64,000 nt of DNA. It comes from Eledone cirrhosa. Lineage: Eukaryota. The notes below the pieces were generated by a model that saw nothing but the letters and a program-made list of their open reading frames with translations, was not told where the DNA came from and searched no databases. The position numbers and the translations under genes are program-made. The first letter of the stretch is position 1. The number at the start of each line of letters is the position of its first letter. Positions 44,858-57,518 of the stretch are shown one piece after another. The stretch is taken from assembly GCA_964016885.1 (NCBI GenBank), contig OZ024743.1, positions 62,062,001 to 62,126,000 of the forward strand, read 5' to 3'.

Positions 44858-45628
44858 TCTGTATATATATACAATTAAGTATGTGTGTGTGTATTCTGTG
44901 TATTACCTATAGGGGCCTACATCTTACGACCGATTTTCATGAAACTTTACAGCTTATAGATTAGTCATCGGGGAGTGTTTTCTATATATCAGCGTATCGT
45001 TTTTTTTATTCTGGGGTCATTCTGCAGATGAAAATCACCTTTTTTTAGGTATCGAAAAATAAGATTTTTGGCTCTAGCTCCCACATTTTGCCACCAATTC
45101 CGTTCAAATTTTAAAGCAAAATAGAATTTATCATTGCACTTCCTGTAATGGCTTTATACTTTGCATTTCTTGTTCAGGAACGGCGTGGCAGCCGCTTAAA
45201 TATTCAAAAATACCACTTTTAGATTCAAATTTCCACTTTTTCGGCTCTAGCTCCCACATTAATCAACCTACTAGATCTGATTATTTCACGTCTTAAAGTG
45301 GCTTTACATTTTGGATTTTTTGTTCAGGAACGGCGTAGCAGCCGCTTAAATATTCGAAAATACCACCTTTTCGCTCAAATTTCCGCCTTTTCGGCTATAG
45401 CTCCCACATTTTTCAACCGATTTCGTACAAATTCGAATCTCCCTCCCCCAGCATGCCCCTTCGTCAGTAACCCGCGTTTCTCAGTGATAGAGGTCATCAC
45501 CACCCTCCCCCGCATGGCCTGTGTGTGGCCATAGATGAGTCATCGAGAAGCAGTCGCTAAGATCAACACCTTTTCATCAAAGCAGATATTATTTTACCTA
45601 CCCAGGCAACGCTGGGTACTGCTGCTAG
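44858..45628 (+). mobile_element. Non-autonomous Helitron
   Basis: A|TC 5' end and 3' hairpin TACCCAG-gcaacg-CTGGGTA followed by CTAG|T. Internal repeats of GGCT.TAGCTCCCACATT. Confidence 0.7.
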
Positions 45629-46513
45629 TTAGTAATAAGACACGTATTCAGCGTGTCATAAACCTGTACCCTTTCCCCCTTATCCTCTTCCCAATTGATG
45701 CATAAGATCACAAATAAACCCCAGTGGACGTTTATCTCCCATTCTTGACTATACCATGTCCTGTCAGCCTCCTCTTTAACGTAGTAATTTTCAAATGGAC
45801 GTTACTTGGATTCTTTTTGAAGAATTTTAAATCCTAAGGGGGAATTTAAGCCAAGATAGAAATTGAGAAAGAATCCAAATTGTGTTCAATGTATATGTCA
45901 AATGAAATACCAATGTACCCAACTCTAGGGCAGATAAGGAATTTATAGTTCATTAAAAATATTCCTCTTCAGATATAATCTCGTTTCTGAATATATAATT
46001 ATTTGTTTTGAAAATCTTGCTGGAGTTAATATAGTTATGGTAAGTCAAAATATGGAGGAAGTAAGGAAACATGAAGAAGCAATAAAAATAATGTGGTCTG
46101 GATGTCTGATAAACATTGGTAAGGTTTGAACAACTTGCTTGTGTTAATATGGTGCTCAGGAGAAGAATTACTGGATAACAATTCAAAATAAGAAAATGTT
46201 GAGGCAACTTGGGATTGTAAAAGGAAGAATATGACCTGCATGTGTGAGAACCACTGCCTTAAATAGAGATCATATGCAGAAGAAAACTGAATAGGAGTGC
46301 AAATCAGTCAGGTCTTTGTAAAAATACTTCAAAAACACAAATCATGTGGATAAACTCCAACAACCCTGCAATTATCACTGTCAATGAGACAAAAGAGGAC
46401 CTTCAATCAAGTCTTACCAATGTTCGTGATTCGTATAGAAGCTTCAGACTTCATAATACAGTCTTGAGCACAATAATTGAACTCTATAAAAGCAATGTCA
46501 AATTTAACGATTG

Positions 46514-46648
46514 ATATCACATAAGAAACGGAGAATCAGTGGTGCGACGAATAAATTTTATTAGACATATTACAATCGTAATACGATTGTAATATGTCTA
46601 ATAAATTTTATTCGTCGCACCACTGATTCTCCGTTTCTTATGTGATAT
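46514..46648. repeat. 135-bp palindrome (67-bp arms, 1-nt spacer, one mismatch)
   Basis: ATATCACATAAG...AATCGTA a TACGATT...CTTATGTGATAT. Confidence 0.92.
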
Positions 46649-47049
46649 TATTCTCTGCTCAGTAAGAGCATCGAGTGCTCAAACGGCCTACCACTTACGG
46701 ACGCTTTAAGCATCCCACACCAAGTATATATATATATACTAACTTTGATAACTTTGATAGGTGTCGGCCAGTATTGGCCCAGGTTATGTCTAACTTAATA
46801 GCACCACCTGGCGAAGTTTTCAAATCAAGATTTGGATACCATGGCTCACTCAAGTAGAGAATTATTGTTAACGGAAACATATCCGGGTGTAGGAGGTTTA
46901 TCCAGGATTTCTTGAAGGAATTTGTCCAAAGACATCTTGAACTTTACGGAGTTTGTTGCCGCTTTAATGTATTTTGGTGTAATGTTAAAGAGAGTGGGGC
47001 CAATTGAGGTGAATTAATTGTGCCGTATTGTTGTTTGAGATACGAGTGT

Positions 47050-47186
47050 GATTTTTGTCGTGTGTGGATAGCAGGGTGCCCAAGCCTTGGGTGTACCTTA
47101 AAGGTGATGCCAAATGGAATAAAACAAGTTTCGCGTAAATCGAAGCACGGGTTCCCGAGATACGGGATTTTCTGGGTACCTTCATA
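47050..47186 (+). mobile_element. Possible mariner 3' end
   Basis: GVYLKGD-like terminal peptide and a TIR-like end ...TTTTCTGGGTACCTTCATA. Confidence 0.35.
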
Positions 47187-47423
47187 AACAGAGAGAGAGA
47201 GAAGGATAGAGAGAAAGAGATTGTGCTTGTGAGAGAATAGATTGAGAGACATAGAGAGAGGGAGGGGAGACAGAGAAGGAGAATGGAAGAGAGAGCTGGT
47301 GGTGTTGTTGTGTATGTATATATGTGAGTGTGTATATATATATATTTGTGTGTGCGTATATGTGTGTGTGTGTCTATGACCACTGTATATAGATCACAGA
47401 CACCCACAAACATATATATATAT

Positions 47424-47479
<56 letters not shown>

Positions 47480-47633
47480 ACAAACACACATTTATATATA
47501 TATATACATACACACACGTATATATATGGGCCTTCCAGTTTCATTTCATATTATATGCATGTCTGTGTATATGTTAATTATTTAAAAATTATTCTTAAGT
47601 GAACATGATTTTAAAAAAATATTTTGAAGTGTA

Positions 47634-47662
47634 CGTGACACAACAGGTCACGGGTGGTCTAG
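47634..47662 (+). mobile_element. Helitron 3' terminus
   Basis: Hairpin CGTGAC-acaacag-GTCACG followed by GGTGGT CTAG|T. Confidence 0.55.
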
Positions 47663-47666
47663 TATT

Positions 47667-47875
47667 AAAATAGAAATAGAAGCTTTCGCTGTATTTTTGA
47701 CTAATGAAATTTTAGTCTGATAGTGGGGTTTAGAACCCTCTAAGAAATGGAAAATACTCATCTTTTTCCATTTCCTAGAGGGTTCTAAACCCCTCTATCA
47801 GTCTAAAATTTCATTAGTCAAAAATACAGCGAAAGCTTCTATTTCTATTTTCAAACTCGTTCACTGTTTCAAAAC
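47667..47875. repeat. Foldback module (~87-bp arms), homologous to 52394-52620
   Basis: 47667-47753 is the reverse complement of about 47765-47851; shared tail TCACTGTTTCAAAACA. Confidence 0.85.
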
Positions 47876-47894
47876 AAACGGCAGTATCGGTAGA

Positions 47895-48108
47895 CAAAAC
47901 AAACGGCAGTATCGGCAGTCGGACGCCATGCTTTGCAGCATAGAGTTACGGCCCTTTAGAGTTTGAGTTCAAATCCCACCGAGGTTAACTTTGCCTTTAA
48001 TCCTTACGGGGTCGATAAAATACAGTACAAGTAATGTACTAGGGTCGATTTTATCGACTTTCCCCTTCCCTTCAAATTGATGTCCTTGTGCCTAAACTAG
48101 AAACAATT
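47895..48108 (+). mobile_element. Octopus-type tRNA-derived SINE
   Basis: Same consensus as 61782-61970. Confidence 0.8.
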
Positions 48109-48777
48109 ATATATATATATTGTATATTTTTAAATTTCCCAACCACAAAGAGACCTGTGACAGACAGGCTGAAGCACAACTCCCTAAAACCATATTCCAA
48201 CCCTACTGTTGCCATAGAATGTATCTCTAGCTTACAATTCATCCACCCCACCCTACCACGCCTCCATCTGAACTCTTGACCAGTCCATTAACACAATCAA
48301 AATATTCACACACGTATTTACAGAATATTCCCTTTGTCCCAAAAAAACAATTTTGTTCTGTGAAGAAACACACCTACTACCACTGCTGCTGCTACTTTAT
48401 GACTACACCTCTCTCTATATACACAACAATTCATTCTCCAGTCTCCTTCTCAGCAAAGAAGATGAAAAAAAACTTACCTCTTAATTTTAAATCTTTAATT
48501 TTTAGTTTTTAATTCTTATTAATTCTTATTAATTCTTATTAATTCTTTTTAATTGTAATACTCGACATTTGATAAGATGAATTTTAATAATACATCGAAA
48601 CTGGTAATACTTTATATACTTTATAAACATTATAAAACTCTTTTTTAAAAGAATTGTCCCTCTCATGTTTTCAATAATGATATATTTTCAATAATGTCAA
48701 TTTGACGAATCAAAGAAAGGAAAATAGATAAAAACAGACCCTAAAATATATTTTCCGTGTTATTTTCAACTTCGCCT

Positions 48778-48913
<136 letters not shown>

Positions 48914-49306
48914 GCTCTGCCGTTCATATGCACATATGAGTGTTAGGCAGCTTTAATTGAGCGATGTGATGTGTGGAACTGGTTGACAAGCTGGAGGACT
49001 ACCACTCTGATGATTTGTTTAAATTGATGAAGGCTTGTGTACGAGCAGCCGTACTTTTTGGATCAGCCGATAGCAAAGAATCTGTTAATATATGTGCCAC
49101 TGGACCACTCGAATAACCTTTGCTTGAGCCTTTGAACTGTTATGACAAAAGACCTCCACATATATATATAAGTAGAAGGGGTATTTAATTTGTTGGAAGT
49201 CCGACAAATATAAATGTTTATAACTGATTTAGAGCACTCAACAGATTACTAGAGTAAATATTCCATGATATTAAATAAATTGAAACTATATTTATAAAAC
49301 CATATT

Positions 49307-49370
49307 TATTTTATTATATATATTTCTAGGGTACCAAGACAACATTAGTACGCTTTCATCAGATAAAATA
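49307..49370 (-). ncRNA. Type I hammerhead ribozyme (inverted copy, C.C subfamily)
   Basis: Reverse complement of 49595-49658 with one stem II change (G-C to G-U). Confidence 0.8.
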
Positions 49371-49594
49371 CAAAGTAAGTTTATTTTATAAATAGAGACA
49401 TACCCATGAAAATTATACCTTATCGGTTGGAAATTCACTGGATAGTGGAAATATATTAGGGATTATTCAAACTTATGTGTGAATATGCAAATGAATATGT
49501 AAATAATTGAAAAACAACCGTTTATTTCAACGACACTGGAGAAAGAGAGAGAGAAGATAGAGGGAAGATATAAGGGGAGAAAGATCAAACTTTG

Positions 49595-49658
49595 TATTTT
49601 ATCTGATGAAAGCGTACCAATGTTGTCTTGGTACCCTAGAAATATATATAATAAAATA
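49595..49658 (+). ncRNA. Type I hammerhead ribozyme (C.C subfamily)
   Basis: TATTTTAT-CTGATGA-AAG C GTACCAA tgttgtc TTGGTAC C CTA-GAAA TATATATA-ATAAAATA. Confidence 0.83.
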
Positions 49659-49701
49659 AATATGGTTTTATAAATATAGTTTCCATTTATTTAATATCAT
49701 G

Positions 49702-49788
<87 letters not shown>

Positions 49789-50149
49789 TAACAGTTTAAA
49801 GTTTACACAAAGAATCGCTGCTTTCACCCTTACATAATCAGCACCTTGTTTATGTTCCCTTTCCTATATCTATCTGATCATTCCTAGTCTAACCAACTTA
49901 CTATGTGAATATGGCTGAGGAGATCAAATAAGATTAAAGTATGCTCTTTGCTTTCACCAGGTTGGTTCACCCTCACAACATTGTTTTAAATTGATCAGAC
50001 TTGGATCAGACTTGGATCAGCCAAAACTATAGAAATTTTCTCTCATTATCAGAATACCTCTAAGGGGAATTTCAATTTTGAAATAAAGCAGGTAGCCTTG
50101 GTTGACTGAAATTTTTTTCTCACTCGCCAGATTAAAAAAGCAAGATTTT

Positions 50150-50432
50150 ATTGTGTGGTTAAATTGATCATGTCACAATCATTGATTCTGGATTCAGACA
50201 CGCTGCACGGCTCCTTAGCAAAGCAATTTCTATTAAAACTTCGGGTTGTCTAATTCTTGTGAGTGGAATTTGGAAGAAGGAAAGTGTAGAACCCGTTATA
50301 TATGTGTGTGTGTGCATGCGTGTCTCTATGTGTGAACATGTCTGTGCTTATGTCCCGTAACTTAGTAAATCGGCAGGAAAGAGATCGATAAGATAAGTAG
50401 CAGACTTGAAAGAAATAAGTACGTGGGTCGAT
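50150..50432 (+). mobile_element. Decayed Octopus OR-type SINE
   Basis: GTGTGGTTAA head, CTTGTGAGTGGA.TTTGG..GGAAA, and a tail GATAAGTA..AGACTT..AATAAGTAC..GGGTCGAT. Confidence 0.55.
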
Positions 50433-50461
50433 ATGATCAACTATATATATATATATATATA

Positions 50462-51341
50462 TATATATCAACGGTATTTATTGAGTTAGAAACTATCGTA
50501 AGAGACTATTTTGAGTTTCTAACTCAATATATACCTTTGATATATATATAATTGGGAATATAATCACTTATTTCCTAATGTTTGTTGAGTGAGTTGGAAT
50601 TTGGCCGGAGTATCGCTAAAAAGCTTTCTCCGATATTGTATTTATTTATTTACTCTTGGAGCAACAGATTCGAAAAAATTCCCGGTATAAGGTTAGCATT
50701 TCTTTGTTTATTTTTTATATATGAATATTGATTGTTCCTTATATCTCATTCTGTTATTTTGCCCGAGAAAATATGTGTGTGTGTCATCAAATGTTGTACA
50801 CACATAGATATTTTTTCAATTTCCAATTGAGTTCTTAGCACGTGGCCTGAATTCCTTTCAGAATTCATTGTCATGCGCATGTATTGTTTTTTTGGCGGTA
50901 ATTTACTTCCCCATTTTGTGAATCAGTTTGAGCACTTCTTTAAAACTGCTGGACTGGCAACCTGACAGATACCTCAGGCACAGAGGATGGTGATTATCGC
51001 TAAATACTGATGTTGGTTAGATTATCAATATTAGTATTATTGGGGCACCCACTGATGAATTATAGGAGCCCACTTGAATATATATCTATTGATGGTATAC
51101 AAGCTCCTACATAAATTGGTATAATTTCACCCAAATTGTAGGAATCCTATAATGAAACGAGACGTCCGTCTGGGAAGAGATATATTAGATATGTCTCATA
51201 TGAAAAAATACAGCCAATTTTCCACGCAATACTTTTAGTTAGCACCCCGAACGCATAATTGGGAATATAATCACTTATTATAGTTTGTTGAGTGAGTTGG
51301 AATTTGGCCGGAGTATCGCTAAAAAGCTTTCTCCGACATTG

Positions 51342-51350
<9 letters not shown>
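50462..51350 (+). mobile_element. Penelope-like unit: short inverted repeat, ~100-bp direct repeats and internal HHR, in (TA)n
   Basis: Inverted repeat 50462-50493/50515-50546. Direct repeats at about 50549-50650 and 51257-51350. Confidence 0.7.
51048..51174 (+). ncRNA. Type I hammerhead ribozyme with long stem II
   Basis: CCCA-CTGATGA-ATTATAGGA...TCCTATAAT-GAAACG agacgtc CGTC-TGGG. Confidence 0.87.
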
Positions 51351-51424
<74 letters not shown>

Positions 51425-51466
51425 GGGGGGATAGAGGGGGGGGGGGAGAGATTTCCGAGCCGTAGA

Positions 51467-51754
51467 TTATAATTGAATATAAAAGAGAGATAAACACAGA
51501 TATATACATTTATGTGTTCAAATCGTAAAGGGCCAGATTCGCTAAGGTGAAAAAAATACTAACTATGGACAATAGGGTTTGCCAGACTCAATTTAAGAAT
51601 AAATCAAGAAAATAAATACAAACCGGAATTGTGGTAACTACCAATCGCCCAGACAGCGTTTGGCGATGCTGTTTCAAAAATTAATTTACGAAACACCATC
51701 GATTTGAACACATATATAAGTATATATTTGTTTTTATCTCTCTTTTATATTCAG

Positions 51755-51758
<4 letters not shown>
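51467..51758. repeat. Diverged inverted-repeat module ending in (TA)n
   Basis: TGAATATAAAAGAGAGATAAA..TGTGTTCAAATCG pairs with CGATTTGAACACA..TTTATCTCTCTTTTATATTCA. Confidence 0.75.
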
Positions 51759-51822
<64 letters not shown>

Positions 51823-51846
51823 AGTGAGTGAGTGTGAAAGACCAAA

Positions 51847-52066
51847 GGTCATTATTGAAAGTCACTGGATTTCGCAAAATACATAATATTTTTATTGGAG
51901 GAGAAGGTAAGGTATTTTTAGGCAAAAATTTGATTGCACTGTTTTGTTTCCACTTATGCATTTTTTAAAAATGTTATTTATTCATTATAAAAATTAAATG
52001 ATACCATTCTATATGTAGGTGAGCTCCCTTCATCTGACAACCAATATTTTTAGAACTAGTCCGCCA

Positions 52067-52068
<2 letters not shown>
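51847..52068 (+). repeat. Dispersed repeat (second copy at 56036-56228)
   Basis: GGTCATTATTGAAAGTC.CTGGATTTCGCAAAATACATAATATTTT...AGTCCGCCAC in both copies. Confidence 0.8.
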
Positions 52069-52126
<58 letters not shown>

Positions 52127-52263
52127 CCAAAAGTTAAAGAAGGTTCATTGATTAATCAATGAATATAGTTTTACAATAGATTAGAAGCACTCAACAGAAA
52201 AGTTTTCTACCAAGACTGGAATTGAACCATCAACATAGTTGAAGTATGTCATACATCAATTTA

Positions 52264-52333
52264 TATATTTTATCTGATGAGGACGTACTGAGGAAACAGC
52301 ACAGTACCTCCGAAATATATATAACAAAATATA
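52264..52333 (+). ncRNA. Type I hammerhead ribozyme (C.C subfamily)
   Basis: TATATTTTAT-CTGATGA-GGA C GTACTG..CAGTAC C TCC-GAAA TATATATA-ACAAAATATA. Confidence 0.82.
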
Positions 52334-52393
52334 TTTGATTACATGAATGTCTATATTTATTAATATTTTGAATTAATATATATATATATATAT

Positions 52394-52575
52394 CTTTCAC
52401 CGTATTTTTGACTAAAGGAATTTTAGCCTAATAATGGGGTTCAGAACCCTCAGATAAATGGAAAAAGATGAGTATTGACGTACATGTACGTCAATACTCA
52501 TCTTTCTTCATTTATCTGAGGGTTCTAAACCCCATTATCAGGCTAAAATTCCTTTAGTCAAAAATACGGTGAAAG
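52394..52575. repeat. 182-bp spacerless palindrome (91-bp arms)
   Basis: Centre GACGTACA|TGTACGTC at 52484/52485; a few mismatches. Confidence 0.9.
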
Positions 52576-52626
52576 CTATATATTTTCTAATTTCAAACCT
52601 GCTCACTGTTTCAAAACATACTTACT

Positions 52627-52691
<65 letters not shown>

Positions 52692-52700
<9 letters not shown>

Positions 52701-55320
52701 GATCGAGTATCGAAAAATCGGCGCACGAGTTCACGATAAACGAAATTCGATATGAGCGGCAGAGGGCTCAATAATTCAGATGAATCAGAGCTATAACTAT
52801 CGTTAAAATACCGTCACATATAGAACAAGTCTACAATCAACCATACGATTTAAAATCGATAGAGGAAGATTCGGGCCAAACAGATAAAAAATATCAATAA
52901 AACAATACGTCAATAATTTAAATGAATGTAAAATCATACCCGGACCCACTAGACAGGTGTTAAATCTAGCTTCATGGGTTTCTGTAAATCCTTAGACTGT
53001 ACTCTATCAGCTCACATATAAATATAAAAGCCTACTAGAGTAAGTGGAACGGAGGTTTACTTTATCAACGAGTTTTTTCCTGGCGGCAGAGGAGCCAACT
53101 ACCAGTGAAAAACGCACATGGCATTAGACAAGGGAGATGACCCCTATATCCGCGAAAACAATTCGAGTGAATGTGGAAATACACATATCGAATTAGAGTG
53201 CTCAATAGACATGTTAAAATAAAACAAAAGCTATTCATCACTCAATAGAATCGACAAAAAATGAGCAATAAAATTAACTGGTGGATAGCTATGTCCAGAG
53301 CTAAATATATTAGAAAGATCGAGTATCGAAAAATCGGCGCACGAGTTCACGATAAACGAAATTCGATATGAGCGGCAGAGGGCTCAATAATTCAGATGAA
53401 TCAGAGCTATAACTATCGTTAAAATACCGTCACATATAGAACAAGTCTACAATCAACCATACGATTTAAAATCGATAGAGGAAGATTCGGGCCAAACAGA
53501 TAAAAAATATCAATAAAACAATACGTCAATAATTTAAATGAATGTAAAATCATACCCGGACCCACTAGACAGGTGTTAAATCTAGCTTCATGGGTTTCTG
53601 TAAATCCTTAGACTGTACTCTATCAGCTCACATATAAATATAAAAGCCTACTAGAGTAAGTGGAACGGAGGTTTACTTTATCAACGAGTTTTTTCCTGGC
53701 GGCAGAGGAGCCAACTACCAGTGAAAAACGCACATGGCATTAGACAAGGGAGATGACCCCTATATCCGCGAAAACAATTCGAGTGAATGTGGAAATACAC
53801 ATATCGAATTAGAGTGCTCAATAGACATGTTAAAATAAAACAAAAGCTATTCATCACTCAATAGAATCGACAAAAAATGAGCAATAAAATTAACTGGTGG
53901 ATAGCTATGTCCAGAGCTAAATATATTAGAAAGATCGAGTATCGAAAAATCGGCGCACGAGTTCACGATAAACGAAATTCGATATGAGCGGCAGAGGGCT
54001 CAATAATTCAGATGAATCAGAGCTATAACTATCGTTAAAATACCGTCACATATAGAACAAGTCTACAATCAACCATACGATTTAAAATCGATAGAGGAAG
54101 ATTCGGGCCAAACAGATAAAAAATATCAATAAAACAATACGTCAATAATTTAAATGAATGTAAAATCATACCCGGACCCACTAGACAGGTGTTAAATCTA
54201 GCTTCATGGGTTTCTGTAAATCCTTAGACTGTACTCTATCAGCTCACATATAAATATAAAAGCCTACTAGAGTAAGTGGAACGGAGGTTTACTTTATCAA
54301 CGAGTTTTTTCCTGGCGGCAGAGGAGCCAACTACCAGTGAAAAACGCACATGGCATTAGACAAGGGAGATGACCCCTATATCCGCGAAAACAATTCGAGT
54401 GAATGTGGAAATACACATATCGAATTAGAGTGCTCAATAGACATGTTAAAATAAAACAAAAGCTATTCATCACTCAATAGAATCGACAAAAAATGAGCAA
54501 TAAAATTAACTGGTGGATAGCTATGTCCAGAGCTAAATATATTAGAAAGATCGAGTATCGAAAAATCGGCGCACGAGTTCACGATAAACGAAATTCGATA
54601 TGAGCGGCAGAGGGCTCAATAATTCAGATGAATCAGAGCTATAACTATCGTTAAAATACCGTCACATATAGAACAAGTCTACAATCAACCATACGATTTA
54701 AAATCGATAGAGGAAGATTCGGGCCAAACAGATAAAAAATATCAATAAAACAATACGTCAATAATTTAAATGAATGTAAAATCATACCCGGACCCACTAG
54801 ACAGGTGTTAAATCTAGCTTCATGGGTTTCTGTAAATCCTTAGACTGTACTCTATCAGCTCACATATAAATATAAAAGCCTACTAGAGTAAGTGGAACGG
54901 AGGTTTACTTTATCAACGAGTTTTTTCCTGGCGGCAGAGGAGCCAACTACCAGTGAAAAACGCACATGGCATTAGACAAGGGAGATGACCCCTATATCCG
55001 CGAAAACAATTCGAGTGAATGTGGAAATACACATATCGAATTAGAGTGCTCAATAGACATGTTAAAATAAAACAAAAGCTATTCATCACTCAATAGAATC
55101 GACAAAAAATGAGCAATAAAATTAACTGGTGGATAGCTATGTCCAGAGCTAAATATATTAGAAAGATCGAGTATCGAAAAATCGGCGCACGAGTTCACGA
55201 TAAACGAAATTCGATATGAGCGGCAGAGCGCTCAATAATTCAGATGAATCAGAGCTATAACTATCGTTAAAATACCGTCACATATAGAACAAGTCTACAA
55301 TCAACCATACGATTTAAAAT
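52692..55320. repeat. 616-bp tandem array, about 4.3 copies, embedded in (TA)n
   Basis: GATCGAGTATCG at 52701, 53317, 53933, 54549 and 55165. Confidence 0.97.
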
Positions 55321-55562
55321 ATATATATATATAATGCCAATCTTTGTAAGTTTGAATCTAACTGACATGCAAAAACATATTTATAGGAATAAGGTAAACC
55401 CAAATCATAGTAGATTCAAATATCACAGAGAGAAAGAGAGAGAGGGGGGGGGGGGGTAGAAATAAGGTAGAACAGAAATGAAACCTGCATTACAGGTTAA
55501 AATGTAGTCTAGATAGATGAGAAACAAAAAGAGGATGTAGTTTATGGAACACCCAAATGATT

Positions 55563-56034
55563 TAGAAGTAGACCTTAAGTAGGGGCAATAACATTAAGAA
55601 AGACATGAACGACACCACAACACTTTGTTTTGTTTTGAAAATTTTGAAAGTAGGTTTATAAGTATGAATTTTCATTAGATTTCATAGTTGTCTCTGTGGC
55701 CTAGCGGTAGGTACTAGAGACGGTGGGCATCCTCATCTTGGGTTCAATCCTGGTCAAGCAGTACATGTAACCTTTTTTTCAGTTTTTATTTTACAACCAA
55801 TAGAAAAAACTGAAAAGGTTTATCGGTAACCCTACTCCCGACCAGGATCGACTTCAGACCAGGATTACCACCATCTATGATTCCTCCAACTAGATCACCG
55901 AGACAGCTACAAAAGTATAATGAAAACTGATAATTATCAGTTTTCATTAAACCTACTTTCAAAATTAAAGTTAAAAAGATGTGGTGTCGTTCATGGCTTT
56001 CCTAGATCTATTAGTAATATTTAGGGTCGACTTC
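55563..56034. repeat. Diverged large inverted repeat with tRNA-like A/B boxes in each arm
   Basis: GAAAGACATGAACGACACCACA / TGTGGTGTCGTTCATGGCTTTC and ATTTTGAAAGTAGGTTTA / TAAACCTACTTTCAAAAT. TGGCCTAGCGG..GGTTCAATCC at 55697-55750. Confidence 0.6.
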
Positions 56035-56362
56035 TGGTCATTATTGAAAGTCTCTGGATTTCGCAAAATACATAATATTTTGGATTGGAGAAGGTAAGAT
56101 ATTGTTTCCACTTATGTATTTTTTGAAAATGTTATTTATTCATTATAAAAATTTAATGATAGCATTCTATATGTAGGTGGGCCCCCTTCAACTCCTGGCA
56201 ACCAATATTTTTAGACACAGTCCGCCACATATATAATGTAGTGAGACAAGAGAGTAACAAACTCACCACAAGCCCATGATAAATGAATATTTAAAATTTA
56301 CTTCGGTATTGAATACAAATTCTCACGTCCGCCAATAATATACAGACATATATATATGTGTG

Positions 56363-56444
<82 letters not shown>

Positions 56445-56795
56445 AGCGTGTGTAACAGGAGACATGAGTGGAGTAGATAGATATGTTAATTATATACATA
56501 CTAATTAAATTAGTGGACCAATGTTAGATGGCTAATAGATAAGGAGACACTCCGGTATATATTTATGTACGTTGGTCACCCTCCCCCCCCTACGTTTACA
56601 CAACCCTTTTACTCCCACATCACATCCTTCACGGCCTCCATCCCCACCATCGAACCCCTAACCCACACGCATACACATACTTTTAATACATACCCCACCC
56701 TTCATTCCACAAGTCAGCTCTCTCTCCAAGAAAAGACAGCATCTTTTTTCAATTGTTTACTCGCTAGTTCAAATCTACAGACGACTAGTCGTATA

Positions 56796-57375
56796 TGGCT
56801 GGCTGGCTGGTTGGGTGGGTGGGTGGGTGGGTGGGTGGGTCGACGGGTGGATGGATGGCTGGATGGGTGGCTGGATGGGTGGCTGACTGGCTGGCTGGCT
56901 GGTTGGCTGGTGAATGGATGGTTGGATGGTTGGATGGTGGGATGGCTGAGTGGATGGCTGGGTGGATGGTTGGATGGTTGGGTGGATGGCTGCATGGGTG
57001 GATGGGTGGATGACTGGTGGGTGGATGGTTGGGTGGTTGGGTGGATGGCTGGATGGATGGATGGCTGGTGGTGGATGGGTGGATGGGTGGATGTTTGGAT
57101 GGTTGGGTGGATGGATGGATGGCTGACTGAATGGATGGTTGGATGGGTGGATTGTTTGTTGAATGGGTGGATGGCTGGATGGATGGTGGTGGTGGATGGG
57201 TGGATGGTTGGATGGCTGGTTGGGGTGGGTGGATGGATGGCTGACTGAATGGATGGATGGATGGTTGGATGGGTGGATTGTTTGTTGAATGGGTGGATGG
57301 ATGGATGGATGGATGGTTGGATGGTTGGATGGTTGAATGGATGGCTGACTGACTGGCTGGCTGGCTGGCGGCTGG
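56796..57375. repeat. Imperfect (TGGN)n tetranucleotide repeat
   Basis: TGGA/TGGC/TGGT/TGGG units with an internal duplication. Confidence 0.95.
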
Positions 57376-57464
57376 CCAGCCAACCATCTATCCAGAAAAA
57401 TGGAACGGTGTTTTTTATGAATGTATGTGTGAATGTGTATATGCGGGAGTATGTATATATGCGA

Positions 57465-57518
<54 letters not shown>

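Larger units (their letters stand above)
49170..49704. mobile_element. Penelope-like module with 114-bp inverted repeats, in (TA)n
   Basis: 49263-49376 is the reverse complement of 49589-49702. Each arm holds an HHR. Confidence 0.75.

Noticed and set aside
47710-47755. CTGATAG-GGGGTT/AACCCT-GAAA in the foldback modules
   Set aside because: The core is not CUGANGA and stems I and III are absent.
48566-48610. TTGATAA-GATG..CATC-GAAACTGGTA
   Set aside because: Two core substitutions and a poor stem I; possibly a relic but not supportable as an HHR.
48970-49116. Short open frame CVELVDKLEDYHSDDLFKLMKAC as a possible exon
   Set aside because: No recognisable domain and no convincing splice sites.
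56796-57375. G-rich (TGGN)n tract as a functional G-quadruplex or a GW-repeat protein
   Set aside because: Mostly GG runs in an ordinary simple repeat; nothing supports a function.
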